Below are positions 1-9,178 of a stretch of 64,000 bases of DNA, piece by piece. A program made the translations under genes and the position numbers. Location of the stretch: the IMG/VR virus record IMGVR_UViG_3300031787_000078, positions 1,581 through 65,580 of that record; one strand, given 5' to 3'. The first letter of the stretch is position 1. Each line of letters opens with the position of its first letter. The stretch comes from a virus. The notes below the pieces were generated by a model, which saw only the letters and a program-made list of their open reading frames with translations, searched no databases and was not told where the DNA came from.

Positions 1-1
1 A

Positions 2-526
2 ATGAGACCGTATTTCAGACAACTTAAAAGAAAATACGCTCAAGAGTTAACATCTAAGGATACAGGAACATTTGTTCAATTGGAATATCCTAAAGATGAT
101 GCATCTAAATACATTGCACTATTTGGTTTTGAGGAATATTTTGATTCAATTCCTGATAATGTTGAATTCATTAATATGGAAAATAAATCAAATGATGTCA
201 TCGCAATGGATCTACCCGAAAGTATTGGAAAATTTACTGAACTTACAACTTTGGTAATTGATAATATGGTTAAGTCGATACCTGAAAGTATTGGAAACTG
301 TAGACAATTATCATTTTTAAATTTAACAAACAACCCTGAGTTAGATAAGTTACCTGAATCTATTTCTAAATTAACTTGTTTAGAATTCTTTTCAATTATG
401 GGATCAAATCCTAATATCAAGATACCTAAAAAATTAGAAGAATATATGACACCTGATGAGGATTTTTGGTTTATTCATTTCCCTGAAGATATGAAACAAC
501 ACTGTACTGGATTAGGGAAATTCTAA
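2..526 (+). CDS. leucine-rich repeat protein, 5'-truncated at window edge
   Basis: Tandem LxxLxLxxN-type repeats (…LTTLVIDNMVKSIPESIGNCRQLSFLNLTNNPELDKLPESISKLTCLEFF…); the ORF is open at the window start. Confidence 0.5.
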   Translation: MRPYFRQLKRKYAQELTSKDTGTFVQLEYPKDDASKYIALFGFEEYFDSIPDNVEFINMENKSNDVIAMDLPESIGKFTELTTLVIDNMVKSIPESIGNCRQLSFLNLTNNPELDKLPESISKLTCLEFFSIMGSNPNIKIPKKLEEYMTPDEDFWFIHFPEDMKQHCTGLGKF

Positions 527-536
527 AATATAAAAT

Positions 537-833
537 ATGAAAAATATAGATGTTGAAGTATACATAAGACAAATGATAACTTTTTTTGAAAATAACCCCG
601 GTGATTTTATGGATTTAGTGGGTACAGCACAAAAAGATTTGTTCTACCAAAAGATGAAAGAAAAATCATTGGAAAATGTGGAAAAGGGGGAAGATTATAT
701 TTTAACAAAACAACAAATATTAGATATTGTTTTAGAGTTAAAGGCACCTGAATTATTTGAAAAGTTGGCATCAATAGAAAAAATTGAACAACATATAATG
801 AAAACAAAATTCGGTGATATATTTTTAAATTAA
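537..833 (+). CDS. hypothetical protein
   Basis: ATG-started 98-aa ORF on the dominant strand, packed between neighbours; no recognisable motif. Confidence 0.4.
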   Translation: MKNIDVEVYIRQMITFFENNPGDFMDLVGTAQKDLFYQKMKEKSLENVEKGEDYILTKQQILDIVLELKAPELFEKLASIEKIEQHIMKTKFGDIFLN

Positions 834-872
834 AAAAAATCAAAAAATTATTGTGGTTTATAAAAAAAGTGT

Positions 873-880
873 TATCTTTG
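873..880 (+). promoter_or_regulatory. TATCTTTG -7-like promoter element (Bacteroidetes TAnnTTTG type)
   Basis: Exact TATCTTTG 23 nt upstream of the ATG at 904; the same octamer recurs upstream of at least five other genes in this window. Confidence 0.4.
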
Positions 881-903
881 TGGTATAATTAAATTTTATA
901 CTT

Positions 904-1659
904 ATGATTTACACACCAGAATTAATTAAAAAAGTGGCACCATCGGTGTTTGCAACGGAACCTTCAAGTAAGTTGACTAACAAATATTCATTCGTACCTA
1001 CGGATCAGGTAATTGAATATTTTTTGAGAGAAGGTTGGGATGTTTCCTCAGCACATCAAACGGGTAAAGGTATTCATGCGTTACACGAGGTTAAGTTTCG
1101 TAACAAACAATTACCTGCGGTTGGTGATACTTTAGTTGAGGCGATTGTTCGTAACTCACACAATGGTACTTCAGGTTTTTCTTTAGGTGCTGGTCTTTAC
1201 CGACTAGTTTGTAGTAATGGTCTTGTTGTTCCTACGTCTGTATCTGAAAGATTTAATATTCGTCATAAGGCATTTACCTTAGATGAGGTAAAAGAACTAA
1301 CTGAAAGTTTTAGTAAGAAATTACCTAAGATTGAACATTCTGTTGGTAGAATGATGGAAAGAAAATTAACAATTGACGAAAAGATTGATTTTGTTGAGAA
1401 ATCTTCTAAGTTTAGATGGGCTATTGGTTCTGTTCCTGCGGAGTTAAACATCGAAGAAATTTTAACACCTTTAAGACATGAGGACTCTGGTGACGACCTT
1501 TGGTCTACATTCAACATGGTTCAGGAAAAATTTGTCCGAGGAGGTATTGAGTATAAAACAAAAACTGGTCGCAAGTCAAGCTTGAGAAGTTTGAAAAACA
1601 TATCAAGTTTGAATTATGTTAACACAAAACTTTGGGAAACCGCAGAATCAATGTTATAA
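904..1659 (+). CDS. hypothetical protein, possibly DUF932-like phage/plasmid-related protein
   Basis: 251 aa with an RLVCSNGLVVP segment recalled from DUF932 family members; family assignment is from memory and weak. Confidence 0.3.
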   Translation: MIYTPELIKKVAPSVFATEPSSKLTNKYSFVPTDQVIEYFLREGWDVSSAHQTGKGIHALHEVKFRNKQLPAVGDTLVEAIVRNSHNGTSGFSLGAGLYRLVCSNGLVVPTSVSERFNIRHKAFTLDEVKELTESFSKKLPKIEHSVGRMMERKLTIDEKIDFVEKSSKFRWAIGSVPAELNIEEILTPLRHEDSGDDLWSTFNMVQEKFVRGGIEYKTKTGRKSSLRSLKNISSLNYVNTKLWETAESML

Positions 1660-1666
1660 CTACTAC

Positions 1667-1689
1667 GGGGTCTACGGACCCCTTTTTTT
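1667..1689 (+). terminator. rho-independent terminator
   Basis: GGGGTC-TACG-GACCCC hairpin followed by TTTTTTT, starting 8 nt after the stop at 1659. Confidence 0.6.
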
Positions 1690-1694
1690 AAATT

Positions 1695-2039
1695 ATGGAA
1701 GATAAATATTTTTTAAACGAAAATAACTTTTTGGATATCCTTAAAGATAGACATCAAAAATTATATGGTGTTTTAAAAATTAATAGTCCTTTAAATTTAA
1801 CACCAGACGTTTTAATACATAAAAACTTTTTGATAGAATATCTTAAAGGTGAGGAATATGGTGGGGAAATAAAACATACCGAAGGAATTTTTAAACATAG
1901 ATCCGGGTTTTACTTATATTTATCTAAGATTGATTTATCTGAACTAAATTATAATGTGAAAGTTTATTACGATGTGGATCAATATGATGAAGTTAAATTC
2001 TTTATAAAAAATTTATCAAAGTTGAACAGTGGTCATTGA
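1695..2039 (+). CDS. hypothetical protein
   Basis: 114-aa ATG ORF on the dominant strand. Confidence 0.45.
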   Translation: MEDKYFLNENNFLDILKDRHQKLYGVLKINSPLNLTPDVLIHKNFLIEYLKGEEYGGEIKHTEGIFKHRSGFYLYLSKIDLSELNYNVKVYYDVDQYDEVKFFIKNLSKLNSGH

Positions 2040-2064
2040 TCATATAAAATAAAAAAATAAAAAA

Positions 2065-2379
2065 ATGGAAATTACAAGTGTAGAATTAAAAGAAAAAATT
2101 AACAATGGTGAAAAATTAATTGTTGAATTTTGGGCTGAATGGTGTGGACCATGTAGAATGATGAAACCAATATTTGAAAGAATATCAAATGAAAATACAT
2201 CTGATGTTAAGATGTATACAATGAATGTAGATTTAAATAGAGAAGTTGGAGCGTCATTAGGTATTAGAAGTATACCAACGATTAAAGTGATTAATTCTGG
2301 TGAAGTTATTGATACAAAAGTTGGGGTACTTAACGAAGGTCAATTAAAAGATATGTTAACCGAATTAATCAATGGATAA
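2065..2379 (+). CDS. trxA: thioredoxin
   Basis: WAEWCGPCRMMKP active-site motif (WCGPC); 104 aa, thioredoxin length. Confidence 0.9.
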   Translation: MEITSVELKEKINNGEKLIVEFWAEWCGPCRMMKPIFERISNENTSDVKMYTMNVDLNREVGASLGIRSIPTIKVINSGEVIDTKVGVLNEGQLKDMLTELING

Positions 2380-2656
2380 GGTTGCGGTTCTTTTTACGAT
2401 GAAACAATGCCCTTTTTGTCATATGTTAAAAGAAATGTTAGACAAAGAGGGTATTGAATACGTGGATCGTGATATTCACGAATATGAAGAAGAGTATAAC
2501 TTATTTGTTGAGGTAACAGAAAATGAATTTGTTCCGGCATTTATGTTAATTGAATCACCTGAAGATAATCCTGTGACTAAATTGTTTGCTCCTGACCGAG
2601 ATTTTGAAGATATTGAACAAGGCGCTAAAATAATTAAAGAATTTTTTAAAAGATAG
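2372..2656 (+). CDS. glutaredoxin/NrdH-like redoxin
   Basis: CPFC dithiol motif near the N-terminus (MKQCPFCHMLKEML); 94 aa; overlaps trxA by 8 nt. Confidence 0.6.
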   Translation: MDKVAVLFTMKQCPFCHMLKEMLDKEGIEYVDRDIHEYEEEYNLFVEVTENEFVPAFMLIESPEDNPVTKLFAPDRDFEDIEQGAKIIKEFFKR

Positions 2657-2657
2657 A

Positions 2658-3353
2658 TTAGAAGACAATTACGTCTTCCAATCTATCTTGTATTAAATAT
2701 GGTTTTTCTCCCATAGGATCTAATATATCTTGAGTTAAGTCATAACTTACCACTTTGGATGAAAACTCTTCCAAATCGAAGTTAAATACGTCTAAGATAA
2801 GTGATTTGATAATATCTTTATGTAGTCCTTTATCTGTTACTACTTTAATTTTAAAATCTTCATTAGAATCAATTTTTTTGGTGAAGAAAAAATGAACTTC
2901 ATTGGTCATTATTGTACTATAAACTTGATTAAACATATAGTGGGTGTAATAAACCATTAATCTACCGCAGTTTAAACTATGACCATATGGGAATTCAGAA
3001 TTAATTGAAATCTCACTTAAAGGTTCAGGTTCCTCAATAAAAGGAATTTTATTAACTTTAATCCATCCCTTCTCAATATTTCCAATTTCTTGATTGTATT
3101 TGATAATATCGATAACGTTAAGTGATTTAATCTCCAATGACGTTAATATATCTTGGAATTTTTCGGTAAATTCATCTCTTATTGAATTTATATCTAAAAA
3201 TGTTTCACTCGTTGTAATTCCATTAATTACATAAAAAGAACCAACATCTGAAACTTGTATAATTGAATTTTCATTTTTATCAATCTTAGATAAAATGAAA
3301 TCGGCAAATAGATTAACAATGCCTCTTTTTGAATTTTTATTAATTAATCTCAT
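2658..3353 (-). CDS. hypothetical protein (opposite-strand island)
   Basis: 231-aa ATG ORF on the minus strand; first of three co-oriented minus-strand ORFs (2658-4700). Confidence 0.5.
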   Translation of the reverse strand: MRLINKNSKRGIVNLFADFILSKIDKNENSIIQVSDVGSFYVINGITTSETFLDINSIRDEFTEKFQDILTSLEIKSLNVIDIIKYNQEIGNIEKGWIKVNKIPFIEEPEPLSEISINSEFPYGHSLNCGRLMVYYTHYMFNQVYSTIMTNEVHFFFTKKIDSNEDFKIKVVTDKGLHKDIIKSLILDVFNFDLEEFSSKVVSYDLTQDILDPMGEKPYLIQDRLEDVIVF

Positions 3354-3414
3354 ATCTTTTTTTACAATTGATATGGATTTTAAATGAATATATAAATAGT
3401 TAAGGTATTTTTAC

Positions 3415-4497
3415 TTAAATGTAAGAGGTTAACATATCATTTATATTTTTCTCAACTTCACGGTAGTCAGGATAATCTGGTATTCTAAAATCTAAATACT
3501 GTATTTCATCTTCACCCATTAAATGTTTAATCATTTCGGTGTATGATCCGTGATAATCAAGATTGTCATCGTTATAACCTGAACCTACAAACGTGGATAA
3601 AAATAATTTAACATTTCCATAAAAATCTCGGATTTTAATATATGGTCTATAATAAGTTTTTTCGTTTCTTGTTAATGGTTCTTCAATTATATTACCAACA
3701 AATAATCTTTCTAATTCTGACATAACACTAGAATATATTTCATTTTCATATGCTGAATTATATGAACTATCGTGTAATGAGTATAATTCGGATTTTAAAT
3801 CAATAAGATCATTTTTTAAAAGTAGTTTCATTGATTCTTCATCTCTGAGTAGTCCTTCAACATTTTCTGATGTGATTGTAAATTCTCCCAATTCATTTGA
3901 AATTTCATCAAAAAATTGAGTGTCGTAATCATCTATTGATAAAATCTGATTACCAATATGTTCAATTATATATTGTGAAAGGTGACTCAAGTTTTCTTTA
4001 TCTAACACTTCAATTACATCACGATAAACATCATCAGTTGTGTCCCAATATGGGTCCCAAGAATCTTCACCTAAAATTGATTTAGCAACATCTTTAGGTG
4101 ATGTTGATTGACGAGAATCTTTAAAAAATTCGGATAATTCTTCTCTATCCTTTAATTTGAGATAATAATCCTCACCTCTCAACTCAACATCTGTTAATAG
4201 GTTATCACAAATAAATTTTAAAGTTTCCGATGGGTTTTTTTCTAACATATACAAAAGATATCTATTAGATTGTTCATCTGGTACTGATTTATATTCTAAC
4301 CCATCTAAAATACCTAAAGAATCTAAAAACTCCATTTCAGGAAAATCATCTTCCGGTAATTGATTTATATCAATTCTATCTAATAAATTTTTACTTTTTA
4401 AAAATTTTAAAAATGTGGTAGTTTTACGATTAAAAATAGGTGATATGTCATCCCAATCACCATCGTTAAAATTTTGTATTATTTGTTTTAAGTCCAT
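3415..4497 (-). CDS. hypothetical acidic protein (opposite-strand island)
   Basis: 360-aa ATG ORF, D/E-rich, minus strand. Confidence 0.5.
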   Translation of the reverse strand: MDLKQIIQNFNDGDWDDISPIFNRKTTTFLKFLKSKNLLDRIDINQLPEDDFPEMEFLDSLGILDGLEYKSVPDEQSNRYLLYMLEKNPSETLKFICDNLLTDVELRGEDYYLKLKDREELSEFFKDSRQSTSPKDVAKSILGEDSWDPYWDTTDDVYRDVIEVLDKENLSHLSQYIIEHIGNQILSIDDYDTQFFDEISNELGEFTITSENVEGLLRDEESMKLLLKNDLIDLKSELYSLHDSSYNSAYENEIYSSVMSELERLFVGNIIEEPLTRNEKTYYRPYIKIRDFYGNVKLFLSTFVGSGYNDDNLDYHGSYTEMIKHLMGEDEIQYLDFRIPDYPDYREVEKNINDMLTSYI

Positions 4498-4565
4498 ATC
4501 TAACTAATAAATATAAAAAAAGGTGGAAAAATAATTCTCCACCTCAACAATTCGCATAACACCTA

Positions 4566-4700
4566 TTACTTATTCTTGTAATATTTCTCAACAATTTTTT
4601 TCACAGATTCCTGAACCGTAGCATTTTGTTGTGCTGGTTGAGGTTGTGCTTGTGGTTGAGGTGCCGCTTGTGCTTGATTTTTTTTACATCCGCATCCCAT
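4566..4700 (-). CDS. small protein, 44 aa, MGCGC N-terminus with Q/P/A-rich repeat
   Basis: Hand-translated: MGCGCKKNQAQAAPQPQAQPQPAQQNATVQESVKKIVEKYYKNK. ATG and TAA verified codon by codon; co-oriented with the two upstream minus-strand genes; not in the ORF track (below length cutoff). Confidence 0.35.
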   Translation of the reverse strand: MGCGCKKNQAQAAPQPQAQPQPAQQNATVQESVKKIVEKYYKNK

Positions 4701-4750
4701 GGTAATTTGTTTTTATTAGGTTTATTTATCTATAAATATCTAAAGATTAT

Positions 4751-4758
4751 TATATTTG
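4751..4758 (+). promoter_or_regulatory. TATATTTG -7-like promoter element
   Basis: TAnnTTTG match in the divergent gap between the minus-strand island and the + gene; the ATG at 4784 lies 25 nt downstream. Confidence 0.35.
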
Positions 4759-4783
4759 TAAAGAATTGAATATTTATTGTTAT

Positions 4784-6313
4784 ATGTCAAGAATAGTAGA
4801 AATAAAAGGTGGTGATTTAGTTAATTTAATTAAAACTATAATATTTGAAGAAACTGAAGGTGATGATCAATATTATGATATCACACCTGATCAGTATTAT
4901 ATGTTATTAAGATCTGTTAATTATCAAGCTCAGGCAATACCTAAATTACCTATGTTTAAAGGTAAAAAACTTAGAGTTAATGGTCCTGTAAATATAAACG
5001 GTAAACCAATAAAAAGTTTGGGTGAAATTACCATAAATGGTCAGCTCACGATTGCTGGAACACAAATAAAAAGTTTAAATGGTGTTGAATACAATTCTCT
5101 TGGTGCATACTATAATACACCATATGCTGAAGAAATTGAAAGACGTAAAAGACAAAAAGAAAGAGATGATGCGGATCAAAGAAGAATTGATGATGAATGG
5201 AATTTAAATGATACCGATAATACTGGTGAAAGAGCTCATGCGGTATTCCGATTTATGGTTAATGAGGGTGATATTGATGAGTTAGAAGAGAATGAAATTG
5301 AAGAGTTAAAAAGTTTAGAACAAAAACTACAGGAACTCGAAGATAGAATTGATGTTGAAGAAGATCCGGATTTGGTTGATGAGTTAACAAATGATTATGA
5401 TGAATTACAATATGATATTGATGAACTTAAATCTAAAAATAATGATGTATATGGTTTAATTCCTCTTGGTAGTCATTATGAAATGGATACATTTAGATCA
5501 ATTCATCCCGATGCTGATGGTCATGTATATGCAGTTGGTACGGAATACGATGCCGACACATCTCTTCAGGACTATTATAAAGATATGATAGATGACTTAA
5601 GTAATTTTAGTAAAGACACTTTATCTTATCACATTGACGGGGATGATGTTGCGGAATATTTTGAGGATATGATAAGACAATGGATCTATGATGATCCGAG
5701 TAATTATGATGTAAGAAGAGATATATCTGGATATCAGGAACAACAAATAGATGATTTAAAATTTGAGAGAGTTGAATTACAGGGTGAGTTATTTTTAATT
5801 AATTATGGGATAATACCACCATTAGAATTTGTTGTTAATAGAGAGAATAATTGGGAATATAAAGATGGTGCGGGTAACAAAATTAATTTAATTGCCAATC
5901 AAGACGGAAGTAAAACTGTTTTACTAAATGGGACACCAACTTTAAAAAATCCCGTATACAAAGATATAGATTGGGATGAAATGTCTGAAAATATTGCGGA
6001 AAGAATAAGTGAAATTGAGGATCGTTTTGTGGATATTGAAGATGACATAGAAACTATTAAAGATAATCCTGAAGGAGATCCTGATGAAGATGATGTTGAA
6101 AGAGAGGTAGAAGAAAGATTAGATGAAATTAAAGACGACCCGATTAGATGGTTAGACGATTATGGTATGGATTATGAAAATTTTGTGGATAAAAGATCAT
6201 TAGAAGAAGATTTAATTCGTGATTCAGATTACGGTATATTAGCAAATTATGATGGGACTTACGATGAAATTAGAATCAACGATACAAATTACGTTGTCTT
6301 TAGAGTTGATTAA
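4784..6313 (+). CDS. hypothetical acidic coiled-coil protein
   Basis: Track ORF 4766-6313 starts at TTG; the first ATG (MSRIVEIKGG) is at 4784. Highly D/E-rich with predicted coiled-coil segments. Confidence 0.5.
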   Translation: MSRIVEIKGGDLVNLIKTIIFEETEGDDQYYDITPDQYYMLLRSVNYQAQAIPKLPMFKGKKLRVNGPVNINGKPIKSLGEITINGQLTIAGTQIKSLNGVEYNSLGAYYNTPYAEEIERRKRQKERDDADQRRIDDEWNLNDTDNTGERAHAVFRFMVNEGDIDELEENEIEELKSLEQKLQELEDRIDVEEDPDLVDELTNDYDELQYDIDELKSKNNDVYGLIPLGSHYEMDTFRSIHPDADGHVYAVGTEYDADTSLQDYYKDMIDDLSNFSKDTLSYHIDGDDVAEYFEDMIRQWIYDDPSNYDVRRDISGYQEQQIDDLKFERVELQGELFLINYGIIPPLEFVVNRENNWEYKDGAGNKINLIANQDGSKTVLLNGTPTLKNPVYKDIDWDEMSENIAERISEIEDRFVDIEDDIETIKDNPEGDPDEDDVEREVEERLDEIKDDPIRWLDDYGMDYENFVDKRSLEEDLIRDSDYGILANYDGTYDEIRINDTNYVVFRVD

Positions 6314-6354
6314 TATCTTTACAGAATAGAAAAATATTATTATGTTTATGTGTG

Positions 6355-7137
6355 ATGGGAAGAAAGAAAAAAATAGAGTTTTTAATGAACACCGAATGGA
6401 TGTTTGAAAAACCTATTGACCAAGAACACAAAGAATACAAATTATTGTCGTACTTCCAAAAAATGGGGGAAAAATTAGACAACATGGAACTGTATCCAAG
6501 TTTCATTGAATTATCACTACATTTAGCGAATATTCAAACTCTTATTAAGGATAAGAAAATTATCTACACGGATAAGAAATTTTCAACTATAGACGATGAG
6601 TTACTTGTAAAAGATTTAAAGATTAAAGAAATCCCAACTTTAGACAATGAGGAGATGGGTGAATTCACTAAAATATTATCGTATAGTGCTCCAAGAATGT
6701 TAGAATATTTTAATATTGCTAAATCTGTTTGGGAAATAGTATTTGATAGTATCATAATGAAACTAAAGAAAAATAAAGATTCGGTTTTAGAAAAAAAAGG
6801 ATATTTTTATTACATTAATCCTAAGGATGAAATGTATTATGTTTGGGAATATGATGTAAAACCAGTCAATAAAAAATCACCTGAGAGTAAAACTTTAGTT
6901 AATTTAATTTATTCTGATAAGAAAAATAATTTGACAATCACAAAAATTATAAATACATTTAGTCAATGGAACATAGATAATAAATCAAAACTACCTCTAT
7001 TTGAAATGAGTTGTGAAGGTGAGTTCCCAATTAATGAAACACTTTTACCTCTTTTTAAAAGAAAATTGATTAGTTATGTTAACCAAGTACAGATGTTAGA
7101 AAACTACAAGAAAAACAAAGAACAATTAAATTCTTAA
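6355..7137 (+). CDS. hypothetical protein
   Basis: Track ORF 6352 starts at GTG; the adjacent ATG (MGRKKKIEF…) is at 6355. Confidence 0.45.
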   Translation: MGRKKKIEFLMNTEWMFEKPIDQEHKEYKLLSYFQKMGEKLDNMELYPSFIELSLHLANIQTLIKDKKIIYTDKKFSTIDDELLVKDLKIKEIPTLDNEEMGEFTKILSYSAPRMLEYFNIAKSVWEIVFDSIIMKLKKNKDSVLEKKGYFYYINPKDEMYYVWEYDVKPVNKKSPESKTLVNLIYSDKKNNLTITKIINTFSQWNIDNKSKLPLFEMSCEGEFPINETLLPLFKRKLISYVNQVQMLENYKKNKEQLNS

Positions 7138-7138
7138 T

Positions 7139-7291
7139 ATGGATAAAAATTTCGAAAAATTGATTGAAAAATTAATTAAGGACCTACCAAACGATATGGA
7201 TTTAGGTAAAGAAGTCAGAAAAGTTTATATTAAAATTATCGGTCAAAAAAATTCCCAAACCCTTAAATCTAATTCAAATGGGGTTCAATAA
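7139..7291 (+). CDS. small hypothetical protein (50 aa)
   Basis: Hand-translated MDKNFEKLIEKLIKDLPNDMDLGKEVRKVYIKIIGQKNSQTLKSNSNGVQ. Starts 2 nt after the upstream stop; overlaps the alternative ORF 7278-7460 by 14 nt. Confidence 0.25.
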   Translation: MDKNFEKLIEKLIKDLPNDMDLGKEVRKVYIKIIGQKNSQTLKSNSNGVQ

Positions 7292-7460
7292 GAGAATTTT
7301 CACAAAAAAACATATTTTAAGACATTTAGATGATATAGAAAAATATCTTGATGTCGATGCTGCATTTTTAACTGATAAATTCTCAAGAGATGTTTATCGG
7401 TTATTTAATGAAGGAAAATCCAAAGAAGAAATAATAAAATACATAAACGAAAACAAATGA
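7278..7460 (+). CDS. small hypothetical protein (60 aa)
   Basis: ATG ORF ending in an ATGA overlap with the glutamine synthetase start. Confidence 0.3.
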   Translation: MGFNKRIFTKKHILRHLDDIEKYLDVDAAFLTDKFSRDVYRLFNEGKSKEEIIKYINENK

Positions 7461-8581
7461 AAATTAAATTAGAATATGTTTGGCTTGATGGATATAGACC
7501 GGAGCCAAACCTTAGAAGTAAAGTTAAAATTGTTGAAAGTGAAGTTCCTATGGAATTAAATAATATTCCGGTATGGAATTTTGATGGATCATCCACTTCT
7601 CAAGCGGAAACAGGAAATTCAGATCGTCTTTTAAAACCTGTTAGACAGTATACAACACATGGGTTCCCATTCGTAAATGATACTGTATATGTATTATGTG
7701 AAGTATTAAATCCTGATGGGACCCCACATGAATCAAATAAAAGATCTCAGATTGGTGATAACTTTGAAGATCTTTGGTTTGGGTTTGAACAAGAATACTT
7801 CATACGTGAAGAGATTAACGGAAACATTTTAGGTCATAAAAGAAACATCCTTAAAGGACAGGGAGAATATTATTGTGGTGTAGGACATAATGTTGTTGGT
7901 CGTGATTTTGTTGAATCACACTTAGATATGTGTCTAAATTATGGGATTGATATTACCGGTACTAATGCTGAGGTTGCTTTAGGACAATGGGAATATCAAG
8001 TTTTTTCAAAAGGAAAATTAAAAGGTGGTGACGATCTTTGGATGACTCGTTATTTCTTATTCAAAATGGCAGAAAAATATGGTTATCATATTGAATTACA
8101 CCCTAAACCATTAACACACGGTGAGTGGAATGGATCTGGACTTCACACTAATTTCTCAACCGATACTATGAGAAATGATGGAAATGAAAAATATTTTATG
8201 GCTTTATTTAATGCATTTGAATCAAGACATCAAGATCACATCAAAGCGTATGGGTCTAATAATAATTTACGTCTAACTGGTGAATACGAAACACAGGCAA
8301 TTGATAAATTCAGTTGGGGTGTGTCAGATCGTGGAGCATCAATTCGTGTACCACAAGATACGGCAAAAGAATGGAAAGGCTACATTGAAGACCGTAGACC
8401 GGGATCAAATGCGGATCCATATAAAATTATTCGTGAGATTGTTAAATCTCTTGATGTTACAAAACAGATTTATGAAACAAAAATTATGATGACTAAATTT
8501 GTTGATATGGATGGATTAAGTGGTAAATACAATACTATATCAAGAGACGAATTATTAAACGTATATAGAGAAGAAGAATAA
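7457..8581 (+). CDS. glnII: glutamine synthetase, type II (eukaryote-like GSII)
   Basis: Colinear match to GSII signatures: WNFDGSST, LWFGFEQEY, YYCGVGHNVVGRD, GTNAEVALGQWEYQV, NGSGLHTNFST, GASIRVP, YIEDRRPGSNADPY. Confidence 0.92.
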   Translation: MKIKLEYVWLDGYRPEPNLRSKVKIVESEVPMELNNIPVWNFDGSSTSQAETGNSDRLLKPVRQYTTHGFPFVNDTVYVLCEVLNPDGTPHESNKRSQIGDNFEDLWFGFEQEYFIREEINGNILGHKRNILKGQGEYYCGVGHNVVGRDFVESHLDMCLNYGIDITGTNAEVALGQWEYQVFSKGKLKGGDDLWMTRYFLFKMAEKYGYHIELHPKPLTHGEWNGSGLHTNFSTDTMRNDGNEKYFMALFNAFESRHQDHIKAYGSNNNLRLTGEYETQAIDKFSWGVSDRGASIRVPQDTAKEWKGYIEDRRPGSNADPYKIIREIVKSLDVTKQIYETKIMMTKFVDMDGLSGKYNTISRDELLNVYREEE

Positions 8582-8865
8582 TGGATAATATAAAAGTATG
8601 TTTATGTGGGGGTACTGGCGATTGTAAGTGTCCCCCAATAAAAGTAGAACAAGTTAATCATCCACTACATTATGGTGGAGTAAATAATCCTTATGAAGCC
8701 ATCAAGGTTATTGACGCTTGGAATTTAGGATTTAGTTTGGGAAATACAGTAAAGTATATCTCAAGAGCGGGTAAAAAAGATTCGGACAAAGAGTTACAGG
8801 ATTTAAAAAAAGCATTATGGTATTTAGAACACCATATTGAAATGTTAGAAAAACAAAATGGATAA
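8581..8865 (+). CDS. DUF3310-family phage protein
   Basis: NHPLHY…IKVIDAW…GNTVKYISRAGKK…DLKKALWYLEHHI matches the recalled DUF3310 pattern (NHPxHY / GNxxKYxxR / DLxKAxWYL). Confidence 0.7.
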   Translation: MDNIKVCLCGGTGDCKCPPIKVEQVNHPLHYGGVNNPYEAIKVIDAWNLGFSLGNTVKYISRAGKKDSDKELQDLKKALWYLEHHIEMLEKQNG

Positions 8866-9178
8866 AAAAACTAAAAAAGGTTTAGAAAAAGAAATTGTTG
8901 TTTTAGATGCTATAACAAGTCCTGGTGAACTTATAAGAGAAACTGTTATTAATTTTGCTTGGGGATTGTTGGGTAATTCGGTAGTGGTTTTTGTATCTAA
9001 AGAAATGGATTTTATGGTTTTAATTAACTATATTTTATATTACATTTTAATCTCGTACATTGTGAATAGAAAAAAATATGAAACTATGTTAGGTAAATTT
9101 ATTGTACTTCCAGGATCTGCGGCTATTGGGGCTTACACAGGTTATAAGATTGCACAATTAATATCAAGTTCATTATGA
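8858..9178 (+). CDS. hypothetical membrane protein
   Basis: 106 aa with two hydrophobic helices. Confidence 0.4.
   Translation: MDKKTKKGLEKEIVVLDAITSPGELIRETVINFAWGLLGNSVVVFVSKEMDFMVLINYILYYILISYIVNRKKYETMLGKFIVLPGSAAIGAYTGYKIAQLISSSL

Noticed and set aside
76-843. Minus-strand ORFs 76-420 and 607-843 and + ORF 72-257
   Set aside because: Overlap the LRR ORF and the 537-833 ORF on the favoured strand; no support.
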